From Candidatus Bathyarchaeota archaeon (lineage in GTDB: Archaea; Thermoproteota; Bathyarchaeia; Bathyarchaeales; Bathycorpusculaceae), in NCBI GenBank assembly GCA_963739305.1, contig CAVTZU010000001.1, forward strand, positions 11,371 through 75,370: 64,000 nt of DNA, given 5' to 3'. The notes under the pieces are model-generated. The model had not been told where the DNA came from. It was given only the letters and a program-made list of their open reading frames with translations, and did not search any database. The first letter of the stretch is position 1, and every line of letters starts with the position of its first letter. Of the stretch, positions 8,423 through 18,220 are shown one piece after another. Position numbers and translations under genes: made by a program.

Positions 8423-8834
8423 CTAGCTAGGTGCTGTTGCAGTGTACGTGAATTGGTTGCCCTTCGATGATCTCATTTCGATCTCGTACTGAGAACCCTG
8501 GGTCCACGCGAATACGACTGTCGTCACGTTCTGACTGTTTGCCGGGAAGAGTAACGTATGCAGATGGAATCAAGTTGGCTGCGCGATTGTTTACGTGTAT
8601 CTCTGTCATCGTAACTGGGGTAGTGCCAGTGTTCTGCGTTGTAATGACTACATTCCCTGCAGGAAACTGCACATTTGTGATTTTGAGTTGTTCTGTTGCC
8701 ATGAAGTTGAATGTTAGGGCTCCCATCCATGCTGCGACGGCGATGCTGACTGCGACTGTGACTGCGATCAGTATGATTGATGCTACGACGGGGCTTAGGG
8801 CTTTTCTTTTCCTTGTGTTCATTTTTCTTTTCAT
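8423..8834 (-). pseudogene. Archaeal type IV pilin (class III signal peptide) with an apparent 1-nt insertion near 8542-8547
   Basis: KRKA/LSPVVASIILIAVTVAVS class III signal; GGAGGG SD before ATG 8834; the +1 frame continues ANSQNVTTVVFAWTQGSQYEIEMRSSKGNQFTYTATAPS* (stop 8423-8425), a much more pilin-like C-terminus than the 0-frame tail ending at 8427. Confidence 0.8.
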
Positions 8835-9021
8835 CCCTCCTTTTGGGACTAGTATGTATCGTGGTGTGAACACGGACATTTAAATCTTACGACTCACTAT
8901 ACCATATTCGGCATTTGTAGAACAAGAATACTCCGACTTGAAGCCCGACAACCAACGTTACGACTAAAAGAACGTGAAAAAAGAAAGTGTGCAACAGCAG
9001 CGGCAACGTATGGTTAAGAGC

Positions 9022-9369
9022 TTAGTCTTCCAGCTTATCGAAAAAGTCAATCAGAAGCTTCGCGACTTTTTCGCCCAACTCCGTTTTCTTGTAAAGCTTC
9101 TTAAGCGGGTCTATCTTCTCACTCCTGGCTAAGCCCAGCAGTTCAATTTCAATCATTCTAGCTCTGAAAGTTCCGTCGCTCAACGTCAACTTGTTCTCGC
9201 GCATGAAATCCTTGGCTTCTTTCCATTTTCCACGATCCATGTGGAGCAGCAGAATGCAGTCTATTGCATGGTCCTTCTCAAGCATAGCCTTAATCGCTGC
9301 CAGCTTGGAGTCAGTGAGGATATGTTTGGCCTTCTCCATTTCTCGATCTGTCTTCATCTTTACACCCAT
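9022..9369 (-). CDS. Winged-helix (HxlR/ArsR-like) transcription regulator
   Basis: LSDGTFRARMIEIELLGL...YKKTELGEKVA recognition helix and wing. Confidence 0.75.
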   Translation of the reverse strand: MGVKMKTDREMEKAKHILTDSKLAAIKAMLEKDHAIDCILLLHMDRGKWKEAKDFMRENKLTLSDGTFRARMIEIELLGLARSEKIDPLKKLYKKTELGEKVAKLLIDFFDKLED

Positions 9370-9679
9370 TTGTCTTTTCTATGCTTTCTGAGTATACCGT
9401 ACACCCTTAAAAGATTTAACCTATATTACGATTCGTGACTTATTACTGAGGACATATGCCTTGTTTTCCTCCGGCTACTTGCGTTTTCGATAGACCATGA
9501 CATCCCTTATTCATCGATGAACTCGTATCCGACTGCTATCAACCTTTCCAACATCCTCATCCACGCATCTGCACCCAAATTGACAACAAGCCTCAATTCT
9601 CTTCGAAGACATGCCGAAATGTTCAAATATACTACGGTTTATCTCGTAGTTAGCTTCAACCTATAATGGACGTTAATCA

Positions 9680-10168
9680 ATGTCGCAAGAATTCAGGTAC
9701 AGGCTCAGAATAATCGATACGGACGTTGACGGCACGCTGAAAGTTTCTCTTGCTCTGTCAAAAGTCAAAGGAATCGGTGTGAGCCTTGCAAACGCCGTTC
9801 TCAACAAGGCGGGAGTGAACGCTGAAAAAAGAGCGGGGTTTCTCACAGAAACCGAAATTGAAAAAATGGAAGAGGTCATAAAGGACCCTATTCGACACGG
9901 TATACCGAGTTGGCTTCTGAATAGGAGAAAGGACGTTGAGACGGGAAAGGATGGGCATCTAATAAGCGCCGACCTTGTCCTTCGAACAAAGACGGATATA
10001 GAACAGATGAAGGTAATCAAGTCTTGGCGAGGGTACAGACACGCCTACGGACTGAAGGTTCGTGGACAGCGAACGAAGACTACGGGTAGGGCAGGCAAAG
10101 CCTTAGGAGTCAAGAAGAAAACACTCATGCAGAGACCAGGCGGACCAGCAGCGGAAGGTAAGAAGTAA
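9680..10168 (+). CDS. rps13: 30S ribosomal protein uS13
   Basis: WLLNRRKD..TG, SWRGYRH..GLKVRGQRTKTTGR. Confidence 0.98.
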   Translation: MSQEFRYRLRIIDTDVDGTLKVSLALSKVKGIGVSLANAVLNKAGVNAEKRAGFLTETEIEKMEEVIKDPIRHGIPSWLLNRRKDVETGKDGHLISADLVLRTKTDIEQMKVIKSWRGYRHAYGLKVRGQRTKTTGRAGKALGVKKKTLMQRPGGPAAEGKK

Positions 10169-10746
10169 TGGGCGACCCGAAAAAACAGAGAAAAAAATAC
10201 GATACTCCACGGTTTCCCTGGCGGACGGACATAATGCAGGGAGAGCTCAAACTTCTAGGCCAGTACGGTTTGCGGAATAAGCATGAGCTCTGGCGATTTG
10301 AAACGATGCTGTCAAAGTTCAGGGGCAACGCGCGTTCCCTGATAGGACAGACAACTGAGGAACGCAAGAAGATGGAAGAAGAACTGTTGGCGCGACTGAA
10401 GAAAATGGGTATTCTTCCGGAAACAGCCGTCCTGGACGACGTCTTGGACTTGACGATTGAAGACTTGCTTGAACGTAGACTTCAAACTATCGTTGTACGA
10501 AAGAATCTTGCGAAGACACCTCAGCAATCTCGACAATTGATAACCCACGGGCACGTATCGATCGGAGGGCAAAGGATCAAAATACCGGGATATCTGGTCA
10601 CGAAACCTGAAGAAGCTCGAATCGAGTACGTTGCTCAGAGTTCCTTGGCTAACCCTAATCATCCATTACGGCAGACTATATCTGTTGCACCGCAGGCACC
10701 GACTAGTCCTGAGAAAACGGGAGAGGATGGAGGAGATGAGTCGTGA
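10168..10746 (+). CDS. rps4: 30S ribosomal protein uS4
   Basis: [38 protein letters not shown]. Confidence 0.98.
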   Translation: MGDPKKQRKKYDTPRFPWRTDIMQGELKLLGQYGLRNKHELWRFETMLSKFRGNARSLIGQTTEERKKMEEELLARLKKMGILPETAVLDDVLDLTIEDLLERRLQTIVVRKNLAKTPQQSRQLITHGHVSIGGQRIKIPGYLVTKPEEARIEYVAQSSLANPNHPLRQTISVAPQAPTSPEKTGEDGGDES

Positions 10747-11144
10747 GCTCAAGTAAGAAGACTGAGAAATGGGCAGTTGTTCATATTTACAGTTCCTACA
10801 ACAACACTATAATCCACATGACCGACCTATCTGGCGCTGAAACGATCGCTAGAACATCCGGCGGCATGGTTGTGAAGGCGTCCAGAATGGAGTCTTCACC
10901 GTACGCTGCTATGCGCGCCGCATCGTTGGCAGCGGATGTAGCCAAAGACAAGGGGATAACCGCGATACACATTAGAGTAAGGGCCCCAGGAGGAGCTGGA
11001 CCGAGAACACCTGGACCAGGTGCCCAAGCAGCCATTAGGGCTCTTGCACGTGCAGGGTTCCGCATTGAACGCATAGAAGAAGTTACGCCTATTCCGCATG
11101 ACGGTACAAGAAGACCTGGCGGCAGAAGGGGAAGAAGAGTCTAG
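10743..11144 (+). CDS. rps11: 30S ribosomal protein uS11
   Basis: [37 protein letters not shown]. Confidence 0.98.
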   Translation: MSSSKKTEKWAVVHIYSSYNNTIIHMTDLSGAETIARTSGGMVVKASRMESSPYAAMRAASLAADVAKDKGITAIHIRVRAPGGAGPRTPGPGAQAAIRALARAGFRIERIEEVTPIPHDGTRRPGGRRGRRV

Positions 11145-11227
11145 CAGGTTCAAGGCGTCCTTGTCCTGATAGAAAAATTGAAATAATGCACCAATGTTCT
11201 ATTGAACGGCACACTGGTTAGCATGGA

Positions 11228-12061
11228 GTGTCCAAACAAGTGGAAATAAAAGTGCTTGAAAAAGACGATGAAAACTTGCGTTTGCTAATTCAAGGAGTGG
11301 AAGTTCCATACATGAACGCACTGAGAAGAATTGTGGTTTCTGAAGTTCCATGTATGGCTATAGATGAGATCGTTATGGTTGAGAACTCTTCTGTCCTGCA
11401 GGACGAGATAATTGCGCATAGGCTTGGACTTGTTCCGCTCAAGACCGATCTGGACATGTACAACCTGCCTGAGGAGTGCCCGTGCAAGAGCGAATTCGGA
11501 TGCAACCTGTGCAGAGTAACACTCGCACTTGACGTTGAGTCCAAGGAAGGAACAAGACCGATCTATTCTGGCGACCTCAAATCTGAAAGCGAATCCGTTG
11601 TACCCGTGAGCCCCAAAATCCCCATCGTGAAGCTGGCAAAGGAACAGAAGATCAGACTTGAGGCTTATGCGAGGCTTGGAAGAGGTAAAAATCATGCCAA
11701 ATGGCAACCGGTCTCGATGTGTGCTTACAAGTACTTCCCGAAAATCATGATCAGCAAGAAGTGTACCGTCTGCGGCAAATGCGTTGAAATGTGCCCCAAA
11801 AAAGTTCTTGTCAAGGTTGACAACAAGGTCGAGGTCCGTGATCTCATGGCATGCATTCTTTGCCAAGATTGTGCAGAGGCCTGCCCTGAGAAGCCTTCTG
11901 CAATAGAGGTTTCTGGGGAAGAGGATGCTTTCATATTCAGCCTGGAATCTACAAGAGCGCTTCCACCCGAGAGAATAATCACGGAAGCCATCAAGATACT
12001 AGACAAACAACTGAAAGAACTTGAAACTGATATCAAGGTGAAAAAGAGTGAAGAAGAGTAA
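11228..12061 (+). CDS. rpoD: RNA polymerase subunit Rpo3 (D) with 2x[4Fe-4S] ferredoxin-like insertion
   Basis: NALRR..EVP..AID, HRLGLVPL, HAKWQP; two CxxCxxCxxxCP motifs. Confidence 0.97.
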   Translation: MSKQVEIKVLEKDDENLRLLIQGVEVPYMNALRRIVVSEVPCMAIDEIVMVENSSVLQDEIIAHRLGLVPLKTDLDMYNLPEECPCKSEFGCNLCRVTLALDVESKEGTRPIYSGDLKSESESVVPVSPKIPIVKLAKEQKIRLEAYARLGRGKNHAKWQPVSMCAYKYFPKIMISKKCTVCGKCVEMCPKKVLVKVDNKVEVRDLMACILCQDCAEACPEKPSAIEVSGEEDAFIFSLESTRALPPERIITEAIKILDKQLKELETDIKVKKSEEE

Positions 12062-12410
12062 ATCAACAAACCCTGAGCTCCTCAAGTTGACAACGTTTTT
12101 GCGGAAAAAAAGCACGGAAAACAACGTGGAAATATGGCGGAATGTTGCTGAACGCTTGACCAAGCCCAGAAGAAGAAGCATTTCAGTGAACGTGAGCCGC
12201 CTGAACAGATTCACGCACAAGAGTGAAACAATCATCGTTCCTGGCAAAGTCCTTGGAACAGGCGAAATTGGTCACCCCGTCACCGTAGCTGCATTTGCCT
12301 TCTCAGCAAAAGCGAAGCAGAAAATAGAAGCTGCAAGAGGAAAGTGCTTGTCTTTCCTTGACCTAGTCAAGAAAGATCCAAAAGGCTCCAAAGTCAAAAT
12401 AATAGGGTGA
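12048..12410 (+). CDS. rpl18e: 50S ribosomal protein eL18
   Basis: TNPEL, IW..VAE.L.KPRR, VPGKVLGTG. Confidence 0.97.
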   Translation: MKKSKSTNPELLKLTTFLRKKSTENNVEIWRNVAERLTKPRRRSISVNVSRLNRFTHKSETIIVPGKVLGTGEIGHPVTVAAFAFSAKAKQKIEAARGKCLSFLDLVKKDPKGSKVKIIG

Positions 12411-12859
12411 AAGAAATGGAAACAGAAATCAAACCAATCACTGTTGTTAACGCTGATGGGCTTATTCTGGGCAGAATGGCAACCTCGATTGCTAAGCGGC
12501 TGTTGGAGGGCGAAGAAATAGCAGTCGTGAATGCTGAAAAAGCTGTGATTTCAGGGAGAAAAGGGAACAAAGTCACAGAAGCGAAAGAGTTTTTGGCAGT
12601 GGGCGGCGTGGGACGTGGACCTTTCCATTACAGAAGACCTGACAGAATAGTCAGAAAAACTGTAAAAGGGATGCTTCCGGCAAGAAAACCAAAAGGGAAA
12701 GATGCTTACAAACGACTTCAGGTGTACATTGGAGTACCGGAAGATCTCAAGAACATGAAGATGGAGACCGTCAGCCATGCAGACGCGAAGAAGCTGAAAT
12801 GCTCATACTTCACGGTCGGCCAATTGTCGAGAGAGATAGGATGGAATCAAGGTGAATAG
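12407..12859 (+). CDS. rpl13: 50S ribosomal protein uL13
   Basis: ILGRMAT..AK.LL.G, NAEKAVISG, RGPFH.RRPD. Confidence 0.97.
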   Translation: MKEMETEIKPITVVNADGLILGRMATSIAKRLLEGEEIAVVNAEKAVISGRKGNKVTEAKEFLAVGGVGRGPFHYRRPDRIVRKTVKGMLPARKPKGKDAYKRLQVYIGVPEDLKNMKMETVSHADAKKLKCSYFTVGQLSREIGWNQGE

Positions 12860-12861
12860 AA

Positions 12862-13272
12862 ATGCCAACCAAGAAAACACTAGTTGTTAGTGGAAAAAGA
12901 AAAACGGCCTTTTCACGAGCAGTCGTGAGACCTGGCGTGGGAAGAGTGTACATAAACAAGATTCCGGTGGAAATCTATGAGCCTGAAATTGCACGTGAAA
13001 AAATGATGGAACCCCTTATTCAATCGGGAGATGAAGTCTGGAAGGAGTTGGATCTGGACGTGAAAACCTCAGGCGGCGGGTACATGGGGCAAGCGGAAGC
13101 TGCGCGAATGGCAATCTCGAATGCCATTTTGAAGTGGACCAAGAGCTCTCACTTGCGCTCTGTCTACTCTGAATATGACAGAACGATGATCGCAGGAGAT
13201 TCGAGGAAAAAAGAGCCTAAGAAATTCGGAGGCCCAGGTGCTCGGGCGAGAGATCAGAAGAGCTATCGGTAA
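12862..13272 (+). CDS. rps9: 30S ribosomal protein uS9
   Basis: GKRKTA, GGGYMGQA, EPKKFGGPGARAR.QKSYR. Confidence 0.98.
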   Translation: MPTKKTLVVSGKRKTAFSRAVVRPGVGRVYINKIPVEIYEPEIAREKMMEPLIQSGDEVWKELDLDVKTSGGGYMGQAEAARMAISNAILKWTKSSHLRSVYSEYDRTMIAGDSRKKEPKKFGGPGARARDQKSYR

Positions 13273-13288
13273 AGAAGGTTGAAAGTGG

Positions 13289-13519
13289 TTGATCATCCCA
13301 GTAAGATGTTTCACGTGTGGCAAACTGATTGGAGACAAATGGGAAGAATTTACCCAAAGAGTAAAAGCAGGTGAAAACCCGGGTGAGATACTCGACAGCC
13401 TGGGCGTAAAGAGGTACTGTTGCAGACGAATGCTTCTATCCCACGTAGAAATCTTGGACGAGGTCCTCCGCTTCTACGAAGAAGCGGAAAAACGAAAAGA
13501 GGCAAGAAGCATTTATTGA
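13289..13519 (+). CDS. rpoN: RNA polymerase subunit Rpo10 (N)
   Basis: [10 protein letters not shown]...[12 protein letters not shown]. Confidence 0.98.
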   Translation: MIIPVRCFTCGKLIGDKWEEFTQRVKAGENPGEILDSLGVKRYCCRRMLLSHVEILDEVLRFYEEAEKRKEARSIY

Positions 13520-13538
13520 GGAGAACGGGTGGGGAACG

Positions 13539-14801
13539 TTGGCTGCAGTAATTGAAGACATAATAGCCCGAAAAGTCTTCAACAACCGCGGCGAAGAAAC
13601 CATAGAGGTCGACATAGTCACTGCCCAGGGTTTTGGAAGAATTGCCGCACCAGCTGGAAAAAGTCGCGGGAAAACAGAAGTTGTCTATTACCCACAGGGT
13701 GGAGTCGAGCAAGCAATAAGAAAAGTCGATGAGCTCATAGCGCCAGAAATAATGGGTCTAAACGCGGATTGTCAGGAAGAAATCGACAAGACACTGCACG
13801 AGATTGACGGGTCAAAAGACTTCAGATCGATAGGTGGGAATACCGCTTTCGCTATTTCCTTAGCCTGCGCAGAGGCAGCCGCAAACTCGAATGGCCTTCT
13901 CCTTTTTCAGTACTTGGCAGGCCACGTGGCACGTGAGCTTCCATACCCGCTTGGAAACACGATTAGCGGCGGGCAACATACAAGCGGAAAATCACCAGAC
14001 ATACAGGAGTTCCTGGTTCTTCCTTACGGCGCCGAAACATTTCTGGAAGCCGTTTCAGCAAACGTTCAAGTTCACAGAAGAATAGGTGAAATGCTGAGCA
14101 AGAAGGACAGGCTTTTCAACAGCGGAAGAAGTGATGAAGGAGCTTGGGTGGCTAACGTGGGAAACGCTGATGCGTTTGATATCCTGCAAAAAGCCTGTGA
14201 AGAAGTCAGCAGTGAACTGGGGTTCGTCTGCGGCATGGGCATCGATCTTGCTTCTTCTTCGCTCTGGAGCAGCAAAGAGAAAAAATACAACTATTCGCGT
14301 GAAGGAAAGAAACGCGATTCCAGCGAGCAGCTCGAATACGTGATTGAACTGATCAAGAAATATCACCTTGCGTACGTAGAAGACCCATTTCACGAGGAAG
14401 ACTTCAAGAGTTTCGCAGAACTCTCTAGAAAGGCAAGGAATTGTCTTGTCTGCGGCGACGATCTTTTCACGACCAACAGTGAACGACTGAGTCGCGGAGC
14501 AAAGATGCACGCGGGGAACGCCGTTATAATCAAAGTCAACCAGGTCGGCACACTGTCAGATGCATTGGAAACAATCGAAATAGCTCATGAAAACATGTAC
14601 GTTCCGGTAATCTCCCATCGCTCGGGTGACACGTGCGACTGGCACATTGCCCAACTCGCCGTAGCGTTTAGATGCCCGGTTATCAAGGCCGGAATCGTTG
14701 AAGCTGCGCGCACTGCAAAGATGAACGAACTCATAAGAATAGAGGAGTTCCTGGGGGACAGGGCAAAAATGGCCAACCTTGGAATATTGAAAGGAGAATA
14801 G
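13539..14801 (+). CDS. eno: Enolase
   Basis: GGQH, DIQEF, DEGAW, EDPF, GDDL, IKVNQVG, SHRSG catalytic and Mg-binding motifs. Confidence 0.95.
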   Translation: MAAVIEDIIARKVFNNRGEETIEVDIVTAQGFGRIAAPAGKSRGKTEVVYYPQGGVEQAIRKVDELIAPEIMGLNADCQEEIDKTLHEIDGSKDFRSIGGNTAFAISLACAEAAANSNGLLLFQYLAGHVARELPYPLGNTISGGQHTSGKSPDIQEFLVLPYGAETFLEAVSANVQVHRRIGEMLSKKDRLFNSGRSDEGAWVANVGNADAFDILQKACEEVSSELGFVCGMGIDLASSSLWSSKEKKYNYSREGKKRDSSEQLEYVIELIKKYHLAYVEDPFHEEDFKSFAELSRKARNCLVCGDDLFTTNSERLSRGAKMHAGNAVIIKVNQVGTLSDALETIEIAHENMYVPVISHRSGDTCDWHIAQLAVAFRCPVIKAGIVEAARTAKMNELIRIEEFLGDRAKMANLGILKGE

Positions 14802-14805
14802 GACA

Positions 14806-15579
14806 ATGTCAGAAGACGATGAAATCAAGGAAGAAACTGAAGAAGAAGTTGAGGAAGAAAGCAAAGAAGAAGAGATTGAGGAAGAAATTGAAGAGGTAAA
14901 AGTTACAGAATCACAAGAGAAGACTGAAACAGCAGAGCCAACAGCGACTGTTGCTCCTGGCGAAGAGCTTCTGCTCCCTCAGGACACGTTGCTGTCTGCC
15001 GGCATACACATCGGGACAAGGATGAAAACGGGAGACATGGAACAGTTCATTTACCGTGTCAGGCCTGATGGTCTTTTCGTTCTTGACGTAAAGAAAACTG
15101 ATGAAAGAATAAGAGCGGCAGCGAAGTTCTTGTCCAGGTTTGAACCTGCAAAGGTTGCAGCGGCAGCGGCTAGACTTTATGCGCAGGAACCGGTGACAAA
15201 ATTCTGCGAGGTGACCGGCGCAACTCCAATTGTTGGAAGGTTCATCCCGGGACTCCTGTCAAACCCATTGTATCCCAACCGCATCGAACCAGACGTGCTA
15301 ATAGTCTCGGACCCCAGAGCCGACTTTCAAGCAGTCAAGGAAGCTTCTTCAGTCGGCATACCAGTAGTAGCTTTGTGCAGCACGGACAACGAGTTCGTGG
15401 GAGTCGATCTCGTCATTCCCACCAACAACAAGGGTCGCAGGGCTTTGGCCGTTATTTACTGGCTATTATCGAGACAAGTTATGCGCGAACGAGGCGAATT
15501 GGCCGCTGACAAGGATCCCACGCTCACCATTGACGATTTTGAAGCCAAGATCGCAAGGGAGGAAGAGGGGGAAGCTTAA
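14806..15579 (+). CDS. rps2: 30S ribosomal protein uS2 with acidic N-terminal extension
   Basis: [34 protein letters not shown]. Confidence 0.97.
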   Translation: MSEDDEIKEETEEEVEEESKEEEIEEEIEEVKVTESQEKTETAEPTATVAPGEELLLPQDTLLSAGIHIGTRMKTGDMEQFIYRVRPDGLFVLDVKKTDERIRAAAKFLSRFEPAKVAAAAARLYAQEPVTKFCEVTGATPIVGRFIPGLLSNPLYPNRIEPDVLIVSDPRADFQAVKEASSVGIPVVALCSTDNEFVGVDLVIPTNNKGRRALAVIYWLLSRQVMRERGELAADKDPTLTIDDFEAKIAREEEGEA

Positions 15580-15583
15580 CTAA

Positions 15584-16435
15584 ATGGCGAAGGTTCGGCA
15601 GCCTTGCCAAGCCGGAGCCTTCTACGAAGGAAATGCGAAGTCGCTTGAACGACAGATAAAGGAATGCTTTCTGAGCAGGCTTGGACCGGGGAAACTTCCA
15701 GAAATAGCCTCAAACCCTCTTAGAAAAGTTGTTGGACTTGTTTGTCCGCATGCGGGTTACATGTTTTCAGGTCCCGTTGCTGCCCATTCGTATTACCAGT
15801 TGGGCGTTGACGGCAGGCCTGATACGGTATTTCTATTTGGCCCAAACCACACTGGCCTAGGCAGCGGCTTAGCCGTCATGGACGAAGGCTTCTGGCGAAC
15901 GCCATTTGGCGACGTTGAAATAGACCGCGACGCTGCCGATCGACTTGTAAAAGAAGCGAAAATCATCGATATTGACGAATCCGCCCACACGCTTGAACAT
16001 TCAATCGAAGTTCAGCTGCCCTTCCTCCAATATCTGTATGGCTCAGACTTCAAGATCGTGCCAGTTTGCTTCCTGATGCAGGATTTGCCCTCGGCCAAGG
16101 AAATTGGAGAGGCGGTTGCAAAGGTTGCGACCAAAACAAACTCGGTCATTATAGCATCTTCGGACATGACACATTACGAGGCGCAACAAAGCGCTGAAAG
16201 GAAGGACAGAAAAGCTCTCGAAGCAGTGCAGGCTTTGGATGAAGCTCGTTTCTACTCAATCGTTGAGACCAATCACATAACCGCTTGTGGCTATGGGCCG
16301 ATTGCGGCCCTAATGGTCGCTGCAAAAACGCTTGGAGCAAAAGAGGCAAAATTATTATGCTATAAGACCAGTGGAGATATAATTGGCGACTATTCAAGCG
16401 TCGTTGGATACGCCGCCGTGTGTTTCAGAAAATAG
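15584..16435 (+). CDS. MEMO1-family protein (AmmeMemoRadiSam protein B)
   Basis: PHAGY.FSG, GPNHTG, EHSIEVQLPFLQ, SSDMTHY, CGYGP. Confidence 0.95.
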   Translation: MAKVRQPCQAGAFYEGNAKSLERQIKECFLSRLGPGKLPEIASNPLRKVVGLVCPHAGYMFSGPVAAHSYYQLGVDGRPDTVFLFGPNHTGLGSGLAVMDEGFWRTPFGDVEIDRDAADRLVKEAKIIDIDESAHTLEHSIEVQLPFLQYLYGSDFKIVPVCFLMQDLPSAKEIGEAVAKVATKTNSVIIASSDMTHYEAQQSAERKDRKALEAVQALDEARFYSIVETNHITACGYGPIAALMVAAKTLGAKEAKLLCYKTSGDIIGDYSSVVGYAAVCFRK

Positions 16436-16444
16436 TGGTGTACG

Positions 16445-17428
16445 ATGGGGGTCGTTGCCTCAGCTCCCGGGAAAATCATCCTTTTCGGAGAACACTTTGT
16501 CGTTTACGGTGAGCCGGCCATTGTTTTAGCCATAGACAAGAGAGCATACGCAACTGTGGACCACAGCGATGACAAGTTTCTGCACTGTCGCTCCGTGAAT
16601 CTGAACTTGAAAGGCTACTTTGATGACGGGGTTTTCAAAGTTGAACGAGGTGACGCGAGGGAGGCAAGAGTGAAGTTCGAGCCTGTGCGAGTCGCTGTCG
16701 AAAAGGTCATGGCGTCTTATAAAGACAAAGTCGGCTTGAACATCGAAATCAACTCAACTGTCCCAGTCGGCGCCGGGCTTGGGTCATCGGCGGCCGTCGT
16801 GGCTGCAGTGACTTTGGCTGCAAGTGCACTCTTGAATGTGAAGATGCAGAAAGAAGACGTTTTCCGAATCTCTCTGGACGCGGAGCGAGTAGTGCACGGA
16901 ACGCCTTCCGGTGTTGACCCGGCCATCGCCACTTTCGGAGGAGCAATGCTATTTCAAAGTGATACTGGGTTCAAGCCCCTTGAAGTGAAGTCGGAGATTC
17001 CGCTGGTGATTGGCGATACTGGCGTGCAGAGGTCGACGAAAGTTCAAGTTGATAAGGTGCGCTTAATAACGGAAAACTATCCACAGATCGTTGAGCCGAT
17101 TAGGAGAGCTGCCAGGGAGATCGTTTTGAGAGCAATGGATGCATTCAAACACAATGATTTAAAAACTCTCGGAGACTTGATGAATGTTAATCAAGCCCTA
17201 CTCTACGGACTAGGGGTCTCGGATGAGTCGCTTGAATGGTTGATAAATGCTGCGAAGAAGGCAGGGGCCTTGGGAGCAAAATTGACGGGTGCGGGCGGCG
17301 GAGGATGTATGATTGCATTAGCAACTGATGATAATCTTCAAGGCGTTCTCGAAGCGATAATGAGGGCGGGCGGCAGACCCTTCACCGCTAGAAAAACTGA
17401 CGAAGGCGTAAGGATTGAAAAGAGCTAA
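16445..17428 (+). CDS. mvk: Mevalonate kinase
   Basis: PGKIILFGEH.VVYG, PVGAGLGSSAA, HGTPSGVD, KLTGAGGGG. Confidence 0.96.
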   Translation: MGVVASAPGKIILFGEHFVVYGEPAIVLAIDKRAYATVDHSDDKFLHCRSVNLNLKGYFDDGVFKVERGDAREARVKFEPVRVAVEKVMASYKDKVGLNIEINSTVPVGAGLGSSAAVVAAVTLAASALLNVKMQKEDVFRISLDAERVVHGTPSGVDPAIATFGGAMLFQSDTGFKPLEVKSEIPLVIGDTGVQRSTKVQVDKVRLITENYPQIVEPIRRAAREIVLRAMDAFKHNDLKTLGDLMNVNQALLYGLGVSDESLEWLINAAKKAGALGAKLTGAGGGGCMIALATDDNLQGVLEAIMRAGGRPFTARKTDEGVRIEKS

Positions 17429-18215
17429 GTCTATCGTCCTGAAGATTGGCGGTTCGGTGATCACGAACAAGAACGGAGAGCTTGCTGCAAAGACCCAGGA
17501 TATAGACCGCCTGGCCGGAGAAATACAGAACGCGGCGGTTGAGAATCTGATCATTGTTCATGGCGGCGGAAGCTTCGGCCACCCATTGGCGGAGAAGTAC
17601 AAGATAAAGGAAGGATACAAAGAAGAATTGCAGAAAATAGGATTTTCTGAAACTCATCATGTTATGACCGTGCTTAATGGTCTTTTGATGGACGCGCTCG
17701 TTTGGCACAATGTTGCAGCAGTCAGTATTACACCATCCTCTTGCGTCATCACAAAGAATGGTCGAATTGAACGATTTGAAGACGGCGCAGTTGGAGGCCT
17801 GCTGAATATGGGTTTCACGCCAGTGCTATACGGAGACGCAGTTCTGGACACTGAAATCGGATTCACAATTTTGTCTGGCGACCAGCTGGTTTCATACCTT
17901 GCGATGAAATTTGATGCTGAACGCATAGTCATAGGTATTGATGAAGACGGAGTGTTTGAGGCAGACCCTAAGCTTGACAAAACCGCGAAGATGTTCGAGC
18001 ATTTAACGCTGGGAGAATTGAAGAAGCTGCAGGGAAAACTAGGCAAGGCCACGGCGTGTGACGTGACGGGCGGGATGTTTGGCAAGATGTCCGAACTCAT
18101 CCCAGCAATCGAGCATGAAATTCCAGTGACGATCGTCAACGCAACTCAGCCTCGGAATGTTTGCAGAGTCCTTCAAGGAGAGAAAATCAGAGGCACTCTA
18201 ATAGAGAAGGTATAG
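17415..18215 (+). CDS. ipk: Isopentenyl phosphate kinase
   Basis: KIGGSVIT.K, HGGGSFGH, SGDQL, DVTGGM..K; lies in the mevalonate cluster. Confidence 0.93.
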   Translation: MKRAKSIVLKIGGSVITNKNGELAAKTQDIDRLAGEIQNAAVENLIIVHGGGSFGHPLAEKYKIKEGYKEELQKIGFSETHHVMTVLNGLLMDALVWHNVAAVSITPSSCVITKNGRIERFEDGAVGGLLNMGFTPVLYGDAVLDTEIGFTILSGDQLVSYLAMKFDAERIVIGIDEDGVFEADPKLDKTAKMFEHLTLGELKKLQGKLGKATACDVTGGMFGKMSELIPAIEHEIPVTIVNATQPRNVCRVLQGEKIRGTLIEKV

Positions 18216-18220
18216 AAATC

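Noticed and set aside
9507-9626. 39-codon minus-strand frame ending RLIAVGYEFIDE
   Set aside because: Weak resemblance to a recombinase tail only; no SD or other support
13519-13539. rpoK missing between rpoN and eno
   Set aside because: Normal for TACK-type operons, where rpoK lies elsewhere
13539-14801. Divergent enolase motifs (SHRSGDT, IKAG) suggesting a pseudo-enzyme
   Set aside because: Catalytic and Mg-binding residues are retained
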